Positions 8,771 through 19,951 of a stretch of DNA of 64,000 nt are shown here, in pieces. Numbering within the stretch: the first letter of the stretch is position 1; every line of letters begins with the position of its first letter. The position numbers were made by a program, and so were the translations under genes. The stretch is from a virus: IMG/VR virus record IMGVR_UViG_3300036766_001793, positions 1 to 64,000 of that record. One strand, written 5' to 3'. The notes beneath the pieces were generated by a model, which was not told where the DNA came from, did no database searches, and worked only from the letters and a program-made list of their open reading frames with translations.

Positions 8771-9246
8771 CTAGCTCCAAGCCCTGAGGGCCCTTTGCGC
8801 GGCATCCGCCCACAGCGTGCGCCGCCCGTGCCCGTACTCGGGCTGGCCGGTGAACGGGTCGGCCGACCGGCCGTGGAGGACCGGCTCGATGCCGTACCTG
8901 GCGAGCTCCGGCCCCAGGTGGTACGTGTCGAACCACTCGTCCGCGACGCTGGTCCGCCGGCCCGTCATGCGGGAGTGGAGGCCGGCCAGGCGGAGGGCGT
9001 CGCCGTAGCCCAGGCCCCAGTTGAGCATGAGCCTCGAGCCGCCCTCATCCGTGTCGGCCGGGGAGTAGATGTACCACGTGTTCGCGCTCACCACCTCGCC
9101 CTCCCGGTGCGCGTGAGCTCCTTCCTGGAGCGCGTGTCGACGATGATGAAGAGCGGGCCGGCCCAGATGAGGCGCTGCCACCCTGGCTTGTCGGACCAGA
9201 AGCCGACCCGGTGGGCGCTCGTGTTGCGGTAGAAGCGGACGGACAT
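8771..9246 (-). CDS. two coupled hypothetical ORFs (9088-9246, 8771-9091)
   Basis: first ATG follows cassette promoter 9277; GTGA coupling. Confidence 0.55.
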
Positions 9247-9339
9247 TTTCAGGTTCCCTCGTGTCTTGATGATCCTATTGTACCGCCGCCGGAGGGGGCG
9301 CGTCGGCGGGGGATGCGCATGGGCCTGGTTGCGATCCGG

Positions 9340-10449
9340 TTACTGTCGCAGGGTCTCCACGAAGGCGCGGTAGGCCTCCGGGCGCTCGCCCTTCAGGCTC
9401 GCCAAGCCCGAGACGACCCCCCAGCACCGGCCGCACTTCGCCCTGGCCGAGGGAGACCCGCACATGTCGCAGAGAGCCCCCGGGTCTGGCGCGCCCTGCG
9501 GGTCGGCCGCCGGCTCCCTCCTGGGCGCTGGGGCAGTTCTCCTCGCCGGCTCCCTTCGGGGCGCGGCTGGTGCCTGGGCGACCCTGGTGCCGTACCTCGG
9601 CAGTGTCGGGAACATCGACGCGTCGAGCTTCTGCGGGCGAACGTCCCTGGTCATGCTGTGCCGCCCATCCTGTCGATCAGCGGCGGCAGCCGGCGGTCGA
9701 GCTGCCTGAGCCACTCGTCCGCCGCGGCCAGGTCGCGGTTGAGCAGGAGCCACTCGGCGAGCTCCCTGAGGTACTCCAGGGCCTCCCCGCCGGCCCACCC
9801 GAGCCTGTGCTCGCGCGCCTCCCGCTCGAGCTTGGCCTGGCCCTTGGCCAGGCGCTCCGCCCGCTTGGCCGCGACGGCGTCCGGGTCGTGCGCCCGGCAG
9901 TAGCCGTGGGCCAATCCGTCCTCCTTGCCGTCCCGGTCCTGGGCGTGGGCCGTGGACGCCAACCGCCCGCAGTTGCCGTAGCGCGGCCAGCCCCCCGAGT
10001 AGGAGCTGGTGACGGCCTCGCACAGGGCCGTCCCGCAGTCCTCCTCCCCGCACTCCCTGCACCGGCGCCAGAGGCGGCCGGACCAGATGGTGTCGATCGA
10101 GGAGACCTTGTCCTCTTGCTCGCCCCTGGTGAGCCAGAAGTGTGCTTTCCCGGTCTTGGGGCAGACAGACTCGCCCCGCTTGCTAACCACGGGCGTAGCC
10201 CACCGGGGGATCGCCGGGGCAGCAGGTGCACCGGGAGGAGCAGCCGACGGCGAAGTCGCGGCAGTCGCGCCCAACAGTGTGGTCCGGGTGGACGCAGATC
10301 CCGTGTTCGCGGAGCCTGAGGTCGAGCCACTTGTCGGCTTCGAGCAGGGTCATGCCCTCGACCCCGGGGGACAGCCTCGCCCGCGCCTGGCCAACGTACT
10401 GCGTCGGCAGCCGGCCGCAGAGCTCGTAGAGGATCTCGTACTTGGTCAT
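9340..10449 (-). CDS. three Cys-rich hypothetical ORFs (10183-10449, 9651-10190, 9340-9654)
   Basis: operon after promoter 10494; last TAA lies in the repeat. Confidence 0.55.
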
Positions 10450-10561
10450 CGTCGTCTCCTGTCCCGCGAGTCCCGGGCAAAGGTGGTGGTGCCATTGTAC
10501 CGCCCCCGGCCTGGGTAGGGCAGCCGGGAGGGCACATGGGTTCTGGTCCGCCGGCCGGTGG

Positions 10562-10726
10562 CTAGCCGCGCGGCCTGTCCTTGAGTGCGATGCGGACGGA
10601 CCGGACCCGCCGGTCGAACTCGGCCACGAGCTCGACGGGATCACGGAGCTCCCAGCCCTGCTCGCGCATCTTCTTAGCGACGGCTTCTTCGATCGACGGT
10701 GGTTTCTTGACGGTAGTTCGGCTCAT
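10562..10726 (-). CDS. hypothetical protein
   Basis: MSRTTVKKPP..., after promoter 10758. Confidence 0.6.
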   Translation of the reverse strand: MSRTTVKKPPSIEEAVAKKMREQGWELRDPVELVAEFDRRVRSVRIALKDRPRG

Positions 10727-10832
10727 CTTGGGTGCTCCCGTGTGTCTTGATGTACTAATTATACACCCTGCCCCTGCGTGGGATCGATAGGGGCGGGGTG
10801 TACGCACGGTTACCGGTTAGTGTTGTCCTGGG

Positions 10833-11027
10833 TCAGTCGTCGCACTCGCTTCGGCCCTCGAAGATGGCCTCGTAGAACCAAGTCTCCACCTCCAACCAAT
10901 CTCCTGTCCCGCCTCGGGCTAAATAGGCCTGGGCCATGCCGATGGCCAGGTCCCCAATGTCCCCCTCGTCTGACCGGCCGTCAGCCACATACTCATCGTA
11001 GATGGCTTGAAGAATGTCCATGTTCAT
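10833..11027 (-). CDS. acidic hypothetical protein
   Basis: after promoter 11058; D/E rich. Confidence 0.6.
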   Translation of the reverse strand: MNMDILQAIYDEYVADGRSDEGDIGDLAIGMAQAYLARGGTGDWLEVETWFYEAIFEGRSECDD

Positions 11028-11165
11028 GGCTTGCTCCCGTATGTTCTTGATGATCCAATCATATCACTCCTCGCCGACCGCGTCGGCCGGGAGGGCACAA
11101 GGATTCGCGGCCGGGCAAAGAGCAACCGCCCGGCCCGGCGGCACGTCGGAACGGCTTCGACGCGG

Positions 11166-11563
11166 TCAGGCGCGCAACACGAACGGCGGGTCTGCCGCCC
11201 AGGCCACCCCGAGGCAGGCCCTGCAGGTGGTGTAGGCCTCTCCGCCCGGCCAGTAGACCGAGGCGAAGCGGTAGTAGATGTTGGGGTTGCAGTCGATCGT
11301 GCCGACCACCGTGTGCCCGTCCTTCCGCGCCACGTTGGCGATGGAGTGCCAGACCCCGCGGGTGCGCACCCGCCCGGTCGGGCCCACCGTCTGGCGGTCG
11401 TTGACGTAGGCCGTCCTGTACTCGTGCTCGCGCGTGGCCATCAGCCCTGGGCCTCATAGTCCTCGAGGTCGACGCAGGTGCCGCACGCCGGGCACTCCCC
11501 GTACGTCTCGTCCTGGTCGCACTCGAACTCCGTGTTGCAGTATGGGCAGGTGACGTCTAGCAT
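11166..11563 (-). CDS. zinc-ribbon peptide (11441-11563) and hypothetical protein (11166-11441)
   Basis: CPYC...CPAC; TGATG coupling; after promoter 11594. Confidence 0.55.
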
Positions 11564-11649
11564 CGCGAGCTGGCTCCGTGATTTGGTGATCCCATTGTAG
11601 CGCCCCACCGAGACAGCGTCAGCAGGGGAACGGCCGGGATTTCGGCCGC

Positions 11650-11850
11650 TCACGACCGGCACCGGCCTGTCGCGAGGGCACGGCCGACCCCGAAGGCCTC
11701 GCCGTGGAGCCCGTGGCCCTTGAAGACGCTGATAGGCATGCCCTTGCGGACCCGCATGGCCTCCCGACCCTGGCCGCTCCCGCACCCGCCCGGGCAGATG
11801 TCGCCCGCGGTCTTCGGGGTCTTGCACCTGCGGCACTTCACGATGGTCAT
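11650..11850 (-). CDS. small Cys-containing hypothetical protein
   Basis: MTIVKCRRC..., after promoter 11879. Confidence 0.5.
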   Translation of the reverse strand: MTIVKCRRCKTPKTAGDICPGGCGSGQGREAMRVRKGMPISVFKGHGLHGEAFGVGRALATGRCRS

Positions 11851-12038
11851 CCCGCACCTCTTGTGTGTTGTTGATCCCATTGTACCGCTTCGCCGCCCCG
11901 CCGGCGGCCGGGAGGGCGCTAGGATTTCAGACCCTAGCACCCTGCTGGCGCTAAGCCAGCTCGACCTCCATCACCTCGATGTACCCGATTGGATCGTCTT
12001 TCCCGTCCAGCGCGACGAACTTCCGGAGCTTGTGACGT

Positions 12039-12209
12039 TCAGCGACCGAGCGCGACGGCCAGCCGGCGCATGTGCTTGCAGGTGCGGAACTCCAGCGGCA
12101 CGTGCTGGTACGCCCAGGCGGGGCAGGTGCAGTACGGGCCGAAGCGGCCGAGTCTGAGGTCGTAGGTCTTGCCGGGGACGGTCTCTGAGGGGACGGTCGC
12201 GAGCCTCAT
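12039..12209 (-). CDS. SWIM zinc-finger protein
   Basis: YCTCPAW...TCKH; after promoter 12238. Confidence 0.75.
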   Translation of the reverse strand: MRLATVPSETVPGKTYDLRLGRFGPYCTCPAWAYQHVPLEFRTCKHMRRLAVALGR

Positions 12210-12303
12210 GGTGGGTCTCCGCGTTTGTGATGTATCTATTGTACCGCCCTGCCAGGCCCGCCGTCGGCGGGGGAGCTGCCTGGATCCGGTTGCGATCCGG
12301 TTA

Positions 12304-12664
12304 CTACTCGAACGATCGGGCCCAGCAGCCGAGGCAGGACATCCCCTGGTGCAGTGGCTTGTCGCCCCCGCAGGTCCAGCACCGGCCGACCCAGTGCCAC
12401 CCGCCGCAGTCGCACTCCTCCGCGCCTGGCGGGCCCTGGAGGCAGGAGCAGAACTCCGGCCGGCACGAGTCGTCGCACGATTCGCAGCACTTGCTACGCG
12501 GCTCGTCCTGCACGGAGCGCCTCCTTCGCGGCTCTCAGCCGCCTCTTGGTGATCCTGACTGGCCTCTCCGGCCGGGCGACCGTCAGCAGCCCACGGCCGG
12601 CCATCCCCATCCTTCGACGCTTGGCCTCGAGCCTGCGGTCGCGGTTGGTCTGTTCGTACTCCAT
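12304..12664 (-). CDS. basic peptide (12494-12664) and Cys-rich peptide (12304-12513)
   Basis: after promoter 12671. Confidence 0.45.
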
Positions 12665-12920
12665 GATCATATTCTACCGCCCTATGGAGCCCCCGTCGGC
12701 AGGGAGGACACATGAGTTTGGCCGGGTTCCAATTTGCCGGTTATCCGATGGCCCGAGCTGAGTGGGCTAACCCAGCTCAGCCGCACGCAGGCCGCCACGA
12801 TCACTCGCTGCATCACCGGTCCCGCGAGTCCCGAGATGACTCGCGGCAGAATCACGTACTGGGCATCGCCGCGCACGCTCCGTGCGAAGCAGTGTCGGCA
12901 CGTGCTCCGCTGCGTGAGGG

Positions 12921-13109
12921 TCAGATAGCCCCCGCGACCAGCCGTTGGAACCGCGTCTCCCTCACCGGCCGACCGCCCACTTGCAAACGAAACACGTGCC
13001 CTCGACCAGGCACGTCCCGCATTCGCGGCACCAGGCCAGCGACCCCGACGGGAGGACAGAACTGGCGGAGCCGGCGCTCGATGCGGCGGCGGGACGGAAG
13101 GATGCTCAT
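12921..13109 (-). CDS. hypothetical protein
   Basis: after promoter 13137. Confidence 0.5.
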   Translation of the reverse strand: MSILPSRRRIERRLRQFCPPVGVAGLVPRMRDVPGRGHVFRLQVGGRPVRETRFQRLVAGAI

Positions 13110-13492
13110 GGGTCGCCTCGTGTGTTTGATGGTTCCATCTTACCGCCCAGGCCGGCCGGCCGTCGGCCGGGGGGACGCGTGGACGGGGTTGCGATCGGGT
13201 TGCTGCGCGATGTCCGCTTGTCCTTCGTCCATCTCACGTTCGCCGTCCATTCCGGATGCTCGCGGGCGATGTGCCGCTTGAGCCAGGCGCGGAGGCTGGT
13301 GTAATAGGAGGCGAGGTTGGTGTCCGACAGCGGGCGGCCCTCAGCGGCGGCCAGGACCCTGATATAGGCCACACCACCCTTCAGCGGGTCGCGCTCGTTG
13401 GCGGCGGTCCGCCGCTCGAAGCACACCCGGCAGACCTTGTGGTCGAGAGTCAACATGTCGTACCAGCCGACCGGGTTGATGAACTGGTTCAT
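13106..13492 (-). CDS. hypothetical protein reading through the next repeat
   Basis: MNQFINPVGWYDM...CRVC; the repeat TAA position reads CAA. Confidence 0.5.
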   Translation of the reverse strand: MNQFINPVGWYDMLTLDHKVCRVCFERRTAANERDPLKGGVAYIRVLAAAEGRPLSDTNLASYYTSLRAWLKRHIAREHPEWTANVRWTKDKRTSRSNPIATPSTRPPGRRPAGLGGKMEPSNTRGDP

Positions 13493-13707
13493 GCCTTGCC
13501 GGACCTGCCGGCCATGGCCTCGAGGACCTCGATGGTCCTGCCGAGGTCGGCGACCTCGCACAGCCGGCCGCAGTAGGTCATCCGCAGGCCGCTCGTCGAC
13601 CTGGCGGGGTCGAACCTGGTGGAGCATCGCGCGCACGCCTTCAGCCTGGCCGGGTCGTACCGCCAGCCGTCGGTCCTGGGTGGTGGGCTCGTCGTCGTCG
13701 TAGCCAT
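13489..13707 (-). CDS. small zinc-finger protein, paralogue of 48476-48715
   Basis: CARC...STSGLRMTYCGRLCE...TIE. Confidence 0.7.
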   Translation of the reverse strand: MATTTTSPPPRTDGWRYDPARLKACARCSTRFDPARSTSGLRMTYCGRLCEVADLGRTIEVLEAMAGRSGKA

Positions 13708-13801
13708 TGGGCTCGCCTCGCGTGTGTCTTGGTGATCCCATCGTACGGCATGGGCGGCCGCGCGTCGGCGGGAGAACTGCGTGAGGCGAGTTGCGATCCG
13801 G

Positions 13802-14220
13802 TTACGCCGACGGGCCGATGACAGTCGCCTGGCACTGCGTGCAGGACCATCCGCCGCGAGGCAGCCCGCCGTACGGGCGGTGCCACCACATCTCCCGGCC
13901 GCAGCCCGGGCAAGGCGGCCCGTCCTCGGCGTCCGTGCCGACGACGCGCCACATCCGCTCGCCCACCTGCACCAGCCTGGTCTCCAGGGCGGTCCGGCTC
14001 ACGGCTCGCAGGCCTCGTCCGCGCTCAGCCAGACCAGCCCCCTGCCAGGCTCGTCAGGGTCATCGTCGCAGGTCCAGTAGGCCTCCTCGGAGTCGTAGAG
14101 GCCGACGAGGTTGAAGGCCAGGACGAGGCACCTCCCGCCCTTGAGGTTGACGAACGTGGCGACCTCGCCCCCGCCGACGTTGGCGGTGTGGACGCTCTGG
14201 ACGTATGGGAGGGCTTCCAT
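13802..14220 (-). CDS. two coupled hypothetical ORFs (13999-14220, 13802-14002 zinc ribbon)
   Basis: after promoter 14249. Confidence 0.55.
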
Positions 14221-14307
14221 GGCTTTACCTCGCGCTCGTGATGAATCCATTGTACTGCCTCCCGGCCCCAGCGTCGGCTGGGGAGCGGCATGGGACTGGT
14301 TGCAGGA

Positions 14308-14382
14308 TGGTGGCGTCGGGAGTCGAACCGCCTCCTCGCCGGGCGCATCGCCGGCGCGTGCTACCGTTACACCATTCCGCGC
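14308..14382 (-). pseudogene. degenerate tRNA-like element
   Basis: TGGTGTAACGGTAGCAC D-arm, CGCCGG/CCGGCG stem, GGTTCGACTCC T-loop and 3' ACCA, but the acceptor does not pair. Confidence 0.55.
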
Positions 14383-14390
14383 GTGAAGTC

Positions 14391-14747
14391 CTACCCAAGC
14401 TCGGCCTGCTGTACGCCGATGAAGACGTCCACATCCGTGCTCTTCCCAACGATGGAGCGGTTCGGCCTGGCCTCGGAGTCGGGCAGGTAGACTCCCAGCC
14501 ATCCGGAGTCAGACCACTCGAAGTCGCTCTCGCCCAGCTCCTCATCCGCGAAGGCGTTGACGTATTCGATCACGTTCCGCTTCAGCGTCGCAATCTCGCG
14601 CTTGCCAAACTCGGCGAAGGCGAGGCTGAACTGCGGGAAAAGCACGCCTTCTTCCTGGAAAAATTCGACCAGGGGGTCGAAGCTGTCCTCCTCCACCGCA
14701 TGGATGATGTCATCGCTCGTGCAGAAGCTGGCTACGTAGACTTTCAT
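14391..14747 (-). CDS. acidic hypothetical protein (lower GC)
   Basis: after promoter 14779. Confidence 0.65.
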   Translation of the reverse strand: MKVYVASFCTSDDIIHAVEEDSFDPLVEFFQEEGVLFPQFSLAFAEFGKREIATLKRNVIEYVNAFADEELGESDFEWSDSGWLGVYLPDSEARPNRSIVGKSTDVDVFIGVQQAELG

Positions 14748-14901
14748 GGCTTTTCTCCTCGTGTGTCTTGATAACTCTATTATACCCCTCCCCGCCGAAC
14801 GTGTCAGCCGGGGAGATGGCTAGAGTTCCGACTGACCGGAACTAGCGACGCGGGTCGCCGAAGATGGCCACGCTCGTTCGACCGCGTCGGCGGGGAGGGC
14901 G

Positions 14902-15502
14902 CTAGGGTTTGAGGTGGCGCTCGCTGAGCTGGCGGAGGACCTCCTGGGCGATCCCCAGGTCATCCAGCGCCTCGAGTGGCTCGAGCTCGAAGTAGGCGAC
15001 GATCTCGTGCGGCGCCGCGTCGTCCAGGTCGGCCCCGGCGAGGTAGACGTCCACGCACGCGCGCCCCCTCCTGTCCGGCAGGGCGTTCAGCCCGACCCCC
15101 CTGAGGGCAAAGGCCACCGCGGCGGCCCGCTGGTCAGCCGGCCCCATCGGGCCGGCCCTCCCCGACCGTGACGAAGACTTCGATCCCCATCGGGTTCGGC
15201 GTGTCCACGACGAACGCCGGGGAGCACCCGCAGCCGCACCCGGCGGTCCGGCTCCACGGGGCTTTGGTCCCGGCCGGGAGGCCGAGCCGCTCGAGGACCT
15301 CCGGGAGGACGTGCTTGCGGTAGGCGACGTGCGGCTCGCTGCCGCGGGCGACGAAGCTCTGGAGGATGGTCTGCCTCTCGGTCCAGATGTAGATCCGCGT
15401 CTTGGCGAACCGGCCGTACCCGTAGCCGTTGTACCGGCCGCTCCCGTTAGCGCGGTTGGAGGCGCCCTCGCGGGCCTCGAACTGGGTGATGGCGAGTTCC
15501 AT
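14902..15502 (-). CDS. two hypothetical ORFs (15134-15502, 14902-15147)
   Basis: WSRTAGCGCGCSPAF motif; after promoter 15533. Confidence 0.6.
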
Positions 15503-15573
15503 GGCTTGCACCTCTTTTGTGTTGGTGATCCCATTGTACCGCGCGGGGGAGGCGGCCGTCGGCGGGGAAGGCG

Positions 15574-16268
15574 CTAGAAGCGCGGGCGGGCCGGGAAGAG
15601 GAAGTTGAGGGCCTTCTCGAGCATCCGCTCCGTCGCGGCGTCGGACGAGTCGCGGATCCCGGACCAGTCCCCGTGCGTGCCCGCGCCGGCGCCGTATCCG
15701 TCCGCCTCGGCCTCGAGGTCCAGCCCGAGGTCCCACGCCTCGCGGATGAGGAACAGCGGGAAGCCGGCGGAGAAGCTGGAGTAGAAGCCGGACCCCGGGA
15801 GGTCGAGCACGACGTCCTCGCCGTCCGCCATTCTCACGGGGACCCTCGTCGGGCCAAAGCCAGTGTGGTATTCCTCGCCCTCGAAGCCGCTCCAACTCCC
15901 GGACCGGTCGCCGTTCAGCCTGAGGCCCCTGAAGCGGTTCATGGCCTGGCCTCCGCGCCGCGGCGCGCCTTCAGACGGGCAGCGTACTGGTCCATCGTGA
16001 GGTTCCGCGGCAGCGGCCGGCGGCCGCGGTCGAAGCGGTCGACGTAGGTGCTCGGGATGTCCTCGGGCCGGACCTCGGGGTGCCGGTCGAGGAAGTCAGA
16101 GGCCTCGACGTCCTCCTCCAGGTAGATCGCCCCACGCCCGCCCGTCGCCTCTGAGGCCTGGCCAGCCCAGTACCCGTACCCCGTCGCGCTCTCGAGCGCG
16201 TCCGGGTACTCCGCGAGCTCGACCCTGAGCCATCCGTGGCCGGGGTCCGATACGAACCTGAGCGCCAT
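15574..16268 (-). CDS. two coupled ORFs (15939-16268 with DPGHGWL...YLEED motif; 15574-15942)
   Basis: after promoter 16297. Confidence 0.65.
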
Positions 16269-16590
16269 ATGTCACCTCGTGTGTGTTGGTGATCCCATTG
16301 TATCGCGCCGCGGCGCGGCCGTCGGCGGGGGAAGCGCTAGGATCGTCGAGCCTCTCTGCTTCGCGAACCGCTCCGCGACCTCCCTGTCGGCGGTGGTGAA
16401 CAGGCCGCCCCTGCGGTCCGCCCTGACCTCGTATGTGAATCTGTCCTGGGCTATCTCTAGGCCCTCCGTTCCTGTTTGGTTCATTTCCTGATCGGCTCGG
16501 TCGCCCCGCAGGCCCGGCAGTGGACGTGTGTCTCGGTCGAGAGGGTGCGCGACGACCCGCATTTCTGGCACTTGTCGAGGCCCTGTGCCA

Positions 16591-16815
16591 TCAGTCTGCC
16601 CTGAGGAAGCGGAGGGCTGCGTCGAGCTGCTCGAAGACGAGGTCGAAGAGGATGTCCCGCGCGTTCTCGAAGTCGGCGCCGAAGTCGGCCCCGACCTCCT
16701 GGGCCACCAGGCCGGCGATCAGCTCCTTGAAGTCGTCGCCCTCGCTCAGCCCGTCGATGGCGTCCGCCGCGATCAGCCTGGCGGTCTCGGTCGCCTCGTC
16801 TCTATAAGCTACCAT
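16591..16815 (-). CDS. acidic helical hypothetical protein
   Basis: after promoter 16849. Confidence 0.6.
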   Translation of the reverse strand: MVAYRDEATETARLIAADAIDGLSEGDDFKELIAGLVAQEVGADFGADFENARDILFDLVFEQLDAALRFLRAD

Positions 16816-16895
16816 GGTTTGGTACCGTCCGTGTGTCTTGATGATCCCATCGTACCGCCCCCGGCCGGCTCGGCGCAGCCGGGAGGGAGCAGGGA

Positions 16896-18549
16896 TCAGG
16901 GCTGGTCCCTGCGGCTCCGCTCGAAGGCCGACTCGAACCCGTGCGCCATCTCGATGAGGTCGTCGACCAGCTCGTCGAACGCTGCCGGGTCGTGCCTGGC
17001 CGGGAAGTGCCCGACTATGCCGTACTCGCTCGGCCTGCGCTTCGCGACGATGGACCAGTCCTCCTTGCCGGCGGACCAGCGGTTGAGGAGGCCGTAGTCG
17101 TGCTGCGCGGACCGCTGGATGCGGACCTGGTACACCGTGCCGCCGGCCTCGAAGACGAGGTTGCGCTCGACCACCGAGGCGAACTGCCCCGACGGCGTGG
17201 GGGCGGTGACGTAGTCGTCGATGGGCGGCCCGTCGGTCTCCCCGCGAACGTAGGTGGGCGTCGTCGTCTCCACGCTAGCCCCTCCCGATGCGGCGGCGGA
17301 ACGCGGGCGTCCCGCCCTGGTAGCCCACGGCGCCGTTCCGCCCGGGCTCGACCGGGGCGGCGAGGTCGGACAGCAGCTGCGTCTGGGTCTCCAGCTGGCC
17401 GGCGATCTGCCCCAGGACGCCGAGGATGCTCTCGAGGGTCGCGGCCTGCTCGAGCAGCAGGTCGCTGCTCTGCTTGCCGAGCTCGAACTTCACCATCGCC
17501 ATGACGCGGCGGGTCGTCTCCGGGTCGCCCGGGTCGCCCTCGACGGCCTCCGGGCCGGCCGGCTCCTGGGCGGGCTCCTCGGCGCGCGGCTCTGGCGGCC
17601 TGGGCCTGGGCGGGAACGGCGTGTCCTGGAGCCCCAGGCAGTAGCGCGCCTGGTCCTCAGTGTAGGCCGCGTCGAAGGGCCGGTTCCGGCCCTGGCCGGT
17701 GGCGCGGCCCCTGACGGCGTAGGCGATGGTGGCCACCGCGGCGCTGGTCCGCCCGAGGTCCCGGTAGATCTGCGCCTTGAAGACCTCGTTCAGCTTCCGG
17801 TCGAAGAAGACCGTGCAGGCCCTCTTCAGGTCCTCGAGCTCCCATCTCCGGCGGGCATTCAGTGGCTTAGCCATGTGTCGTCTCCTGTTCCTTCTGCTCT
17901 CCGGCATTAGCTTCCGTGGTCCAGAGGAGGAACCACGCGTTGGCGACCTCGAGGGCGCCGAAGAGCTCGGCCGCCTCGGCGGGCGTGTGCGCCTGGAAGC
18001 TCGGTTCGCCGGCAAGCCCCGCCCCGAGCTCGGCGTCCGTGCAGGCACAGTCCTCGTGCGGCGGGCGCTCGAAGCCCTCGTCTTCCTCGTCCCTGGGCGG
18101 GCAGTCCTCGCAGTCCTCCGGCCGGAGCAGGCCGCAGACCGAGCATGGCTCCGGCTGCGCGAAGCAGCTCCCGCACCAGGGGTCACCGCACAGGCACGGG
18201 CCGCTCACGATGACAGCCCCGCGCAGCACTTCGCCGCGCAGCCCGCCTTCTTGGGGGCCAGCTCCCTGAGCCACCGGCACTCGCGGCCGTTCAGCTGGTT
18301 CCCGCTCACTTTGCATACGGGCCGCGGCGGGTGGCCCTGCGGGCCGATCTCGATGCTCGCCACCCGGTCGCGGTGGCCCACGCCGAGGCCCAGCCCGGAA
18401 CCGACCCACAGGAAAACCTCGGCGATGCGGTAGGAGGACGAGAGGTAGTTATCGACCGCGACTTTCAGGCGGCCTGTGTAGTGGTAGAGCCTTCGGCGCT
18501 CGTCGAACTCCTCGACGCGCTCCAGGCTGAAGGGCGGGGTGACAGGCAT
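16896..18549 (-). CDS. four-gene operon (18205-18549, 17867-18208 Cys-rich, 17275-17874 possible HTH plus coiled coil, 16896-17273)
   Basis: adjacent ORFs with RBSs after promoter 18581. Confidence 0.6.
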
Positions 18550-18620
18550 GTCGGGCCTCCTCGTTTGCTTTGGTGATCCAATTGTACCGCGTCCCTGCGC
18601 CGGCGTCGGCCGGGGGGACG

Positions 18621-19266
18621 CTAGGATTCCTGGCCCAGCGCCGCGGCCAGGGCCGCCTCCAGGGCCGCCCGCTCCCCGGCGGTGGCTCCGCCGGGAGCGT
18701 CGCCGTACCTGACGGCCGGGCGCCGCTGATCCGGCGGGCGCTTGACGACGCGGGCGGCTGGCGGCTCGGCGGACAGGCGCGCCCTGACGGTCGCCGGCAG
18801 CCTGATGGCAGACCCCCTCCGGGGCCGCGGCTGGCGGACCGGCTTCCCGCGCACTGCCCGGCCGAAGCCGTAGCCGGCGGCGAGGGCGCACGCCGAGAGG
18901 ACCGCCAGGGTGGCGACGAACCCGGTCACTGCGTAGATGATTTCCATCTCAGTCGGCCTCGGCGTGGATCATCACCGCGCCGCTATTTATTAGGCCCTGG
19001 TAGAGGTCCAGGGTCCGGCCCGCGGCCGCCATGCGGCCCGCGAAGCGGCGGGCGTCCCGGTCGCGGAGGGACTCCCAGTTCCCCGCCTCTAGGAAGGCGT
19101 AGAAGCCGATGCTGACGTCGCCCACGATGCGGACCGCGAGGCGCGGCCCGTCCCCCAGCACTTCCGCCACCCTGCGGCCGCCCCCGAGGTAGGTCTCCCT
19201 GACGGTCACCCCGCCGGCGTGCTCCATGAGCCGGGTCCTCGAGTCCTGGTCCGTCGTCTCTGGCAT
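18621..19266 (-). CDS. hypothetical protein (18949-19266) and membrane-anchored protein (18621-18947)
   Basis: after promoter 19298. Confidence 0.55.
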
Positions 19267-19581
19267 CTCGCGCCCCCTCTTGTGTCTTGGTGATCCCATT
19301 GTACCGCCCCCGGCCGGCTCGGCGCGGCCGGGAGGACGCAGGGGTTCAGGAGATCTCACCGCCTTGGCGGCGCACCCCGGCCACGTCTCGTTGACCTGAG
19401 CCGCATCGGCCTCGGCCAGCGGGCGGGTGGCGTAGGTGACGGCCGGCTGCTCGGTGGGCTCCTCGTCGTCCGCGACATAGTAGCCGGCGAAGCCGCCGGG
19501 CCCGTAGACCTCGACGGCGAACCAGTCCTCGGCGGGCCTGCACTCCTCGCACGCCTCAGGGTCGTGGGACCGCTGGAAGCG

Positions 19582-19872
19582 CTAGTCCTCGAGGGCCTCG
19601 GCCATCAGCTCGGCCGCCCGCGGGCCGAAGCCGCCGACGTGCCACGAGACGAGGGCCTCGCGGCGCATGCCGCGGTTCTTATAGTCGTAGACGGTGGCGA
19701 CGGTCCCGTCCCCGAAGCGGACGACCCACTCCGCGAGGGTCTTGTCCCCTGCCGGCAATGGCTCGCCGAGCATGCCGGCCAGCTCCTCGAAGGTGGTCGG
19801 TTTCGGGAGGTAGCCCTGGAGGCTGGAGCCGAGCGAGCGGCGCCAGTCGTTGACGGTCTTGTAGGTGAGCAT
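19582..19872 (-). CDS. hypothetical phage protein
   Basis: SSLQGY...GDKTLAEW...ATVYDYK...WHVGG; after promoter 19904. Confidence 0.65.
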   Translation of the reverse strand: MLTYKTVNDWRRSLGSSLQGYLPKPTTFEELAGMLGEPLPAGDKTLAEWVVRFGDGTVATVYDYKNRGMRREALVSWHVGGFGPRAAELMAEALED

Positions 19873-19951
19873 TGGTTCAGCCTCCGTGTGCGTTGGTGAT
19901 CCAATTATGCCTCCCCGCGGGACCGGCGTCGGCAGGGAGGGCGCATGAGTT

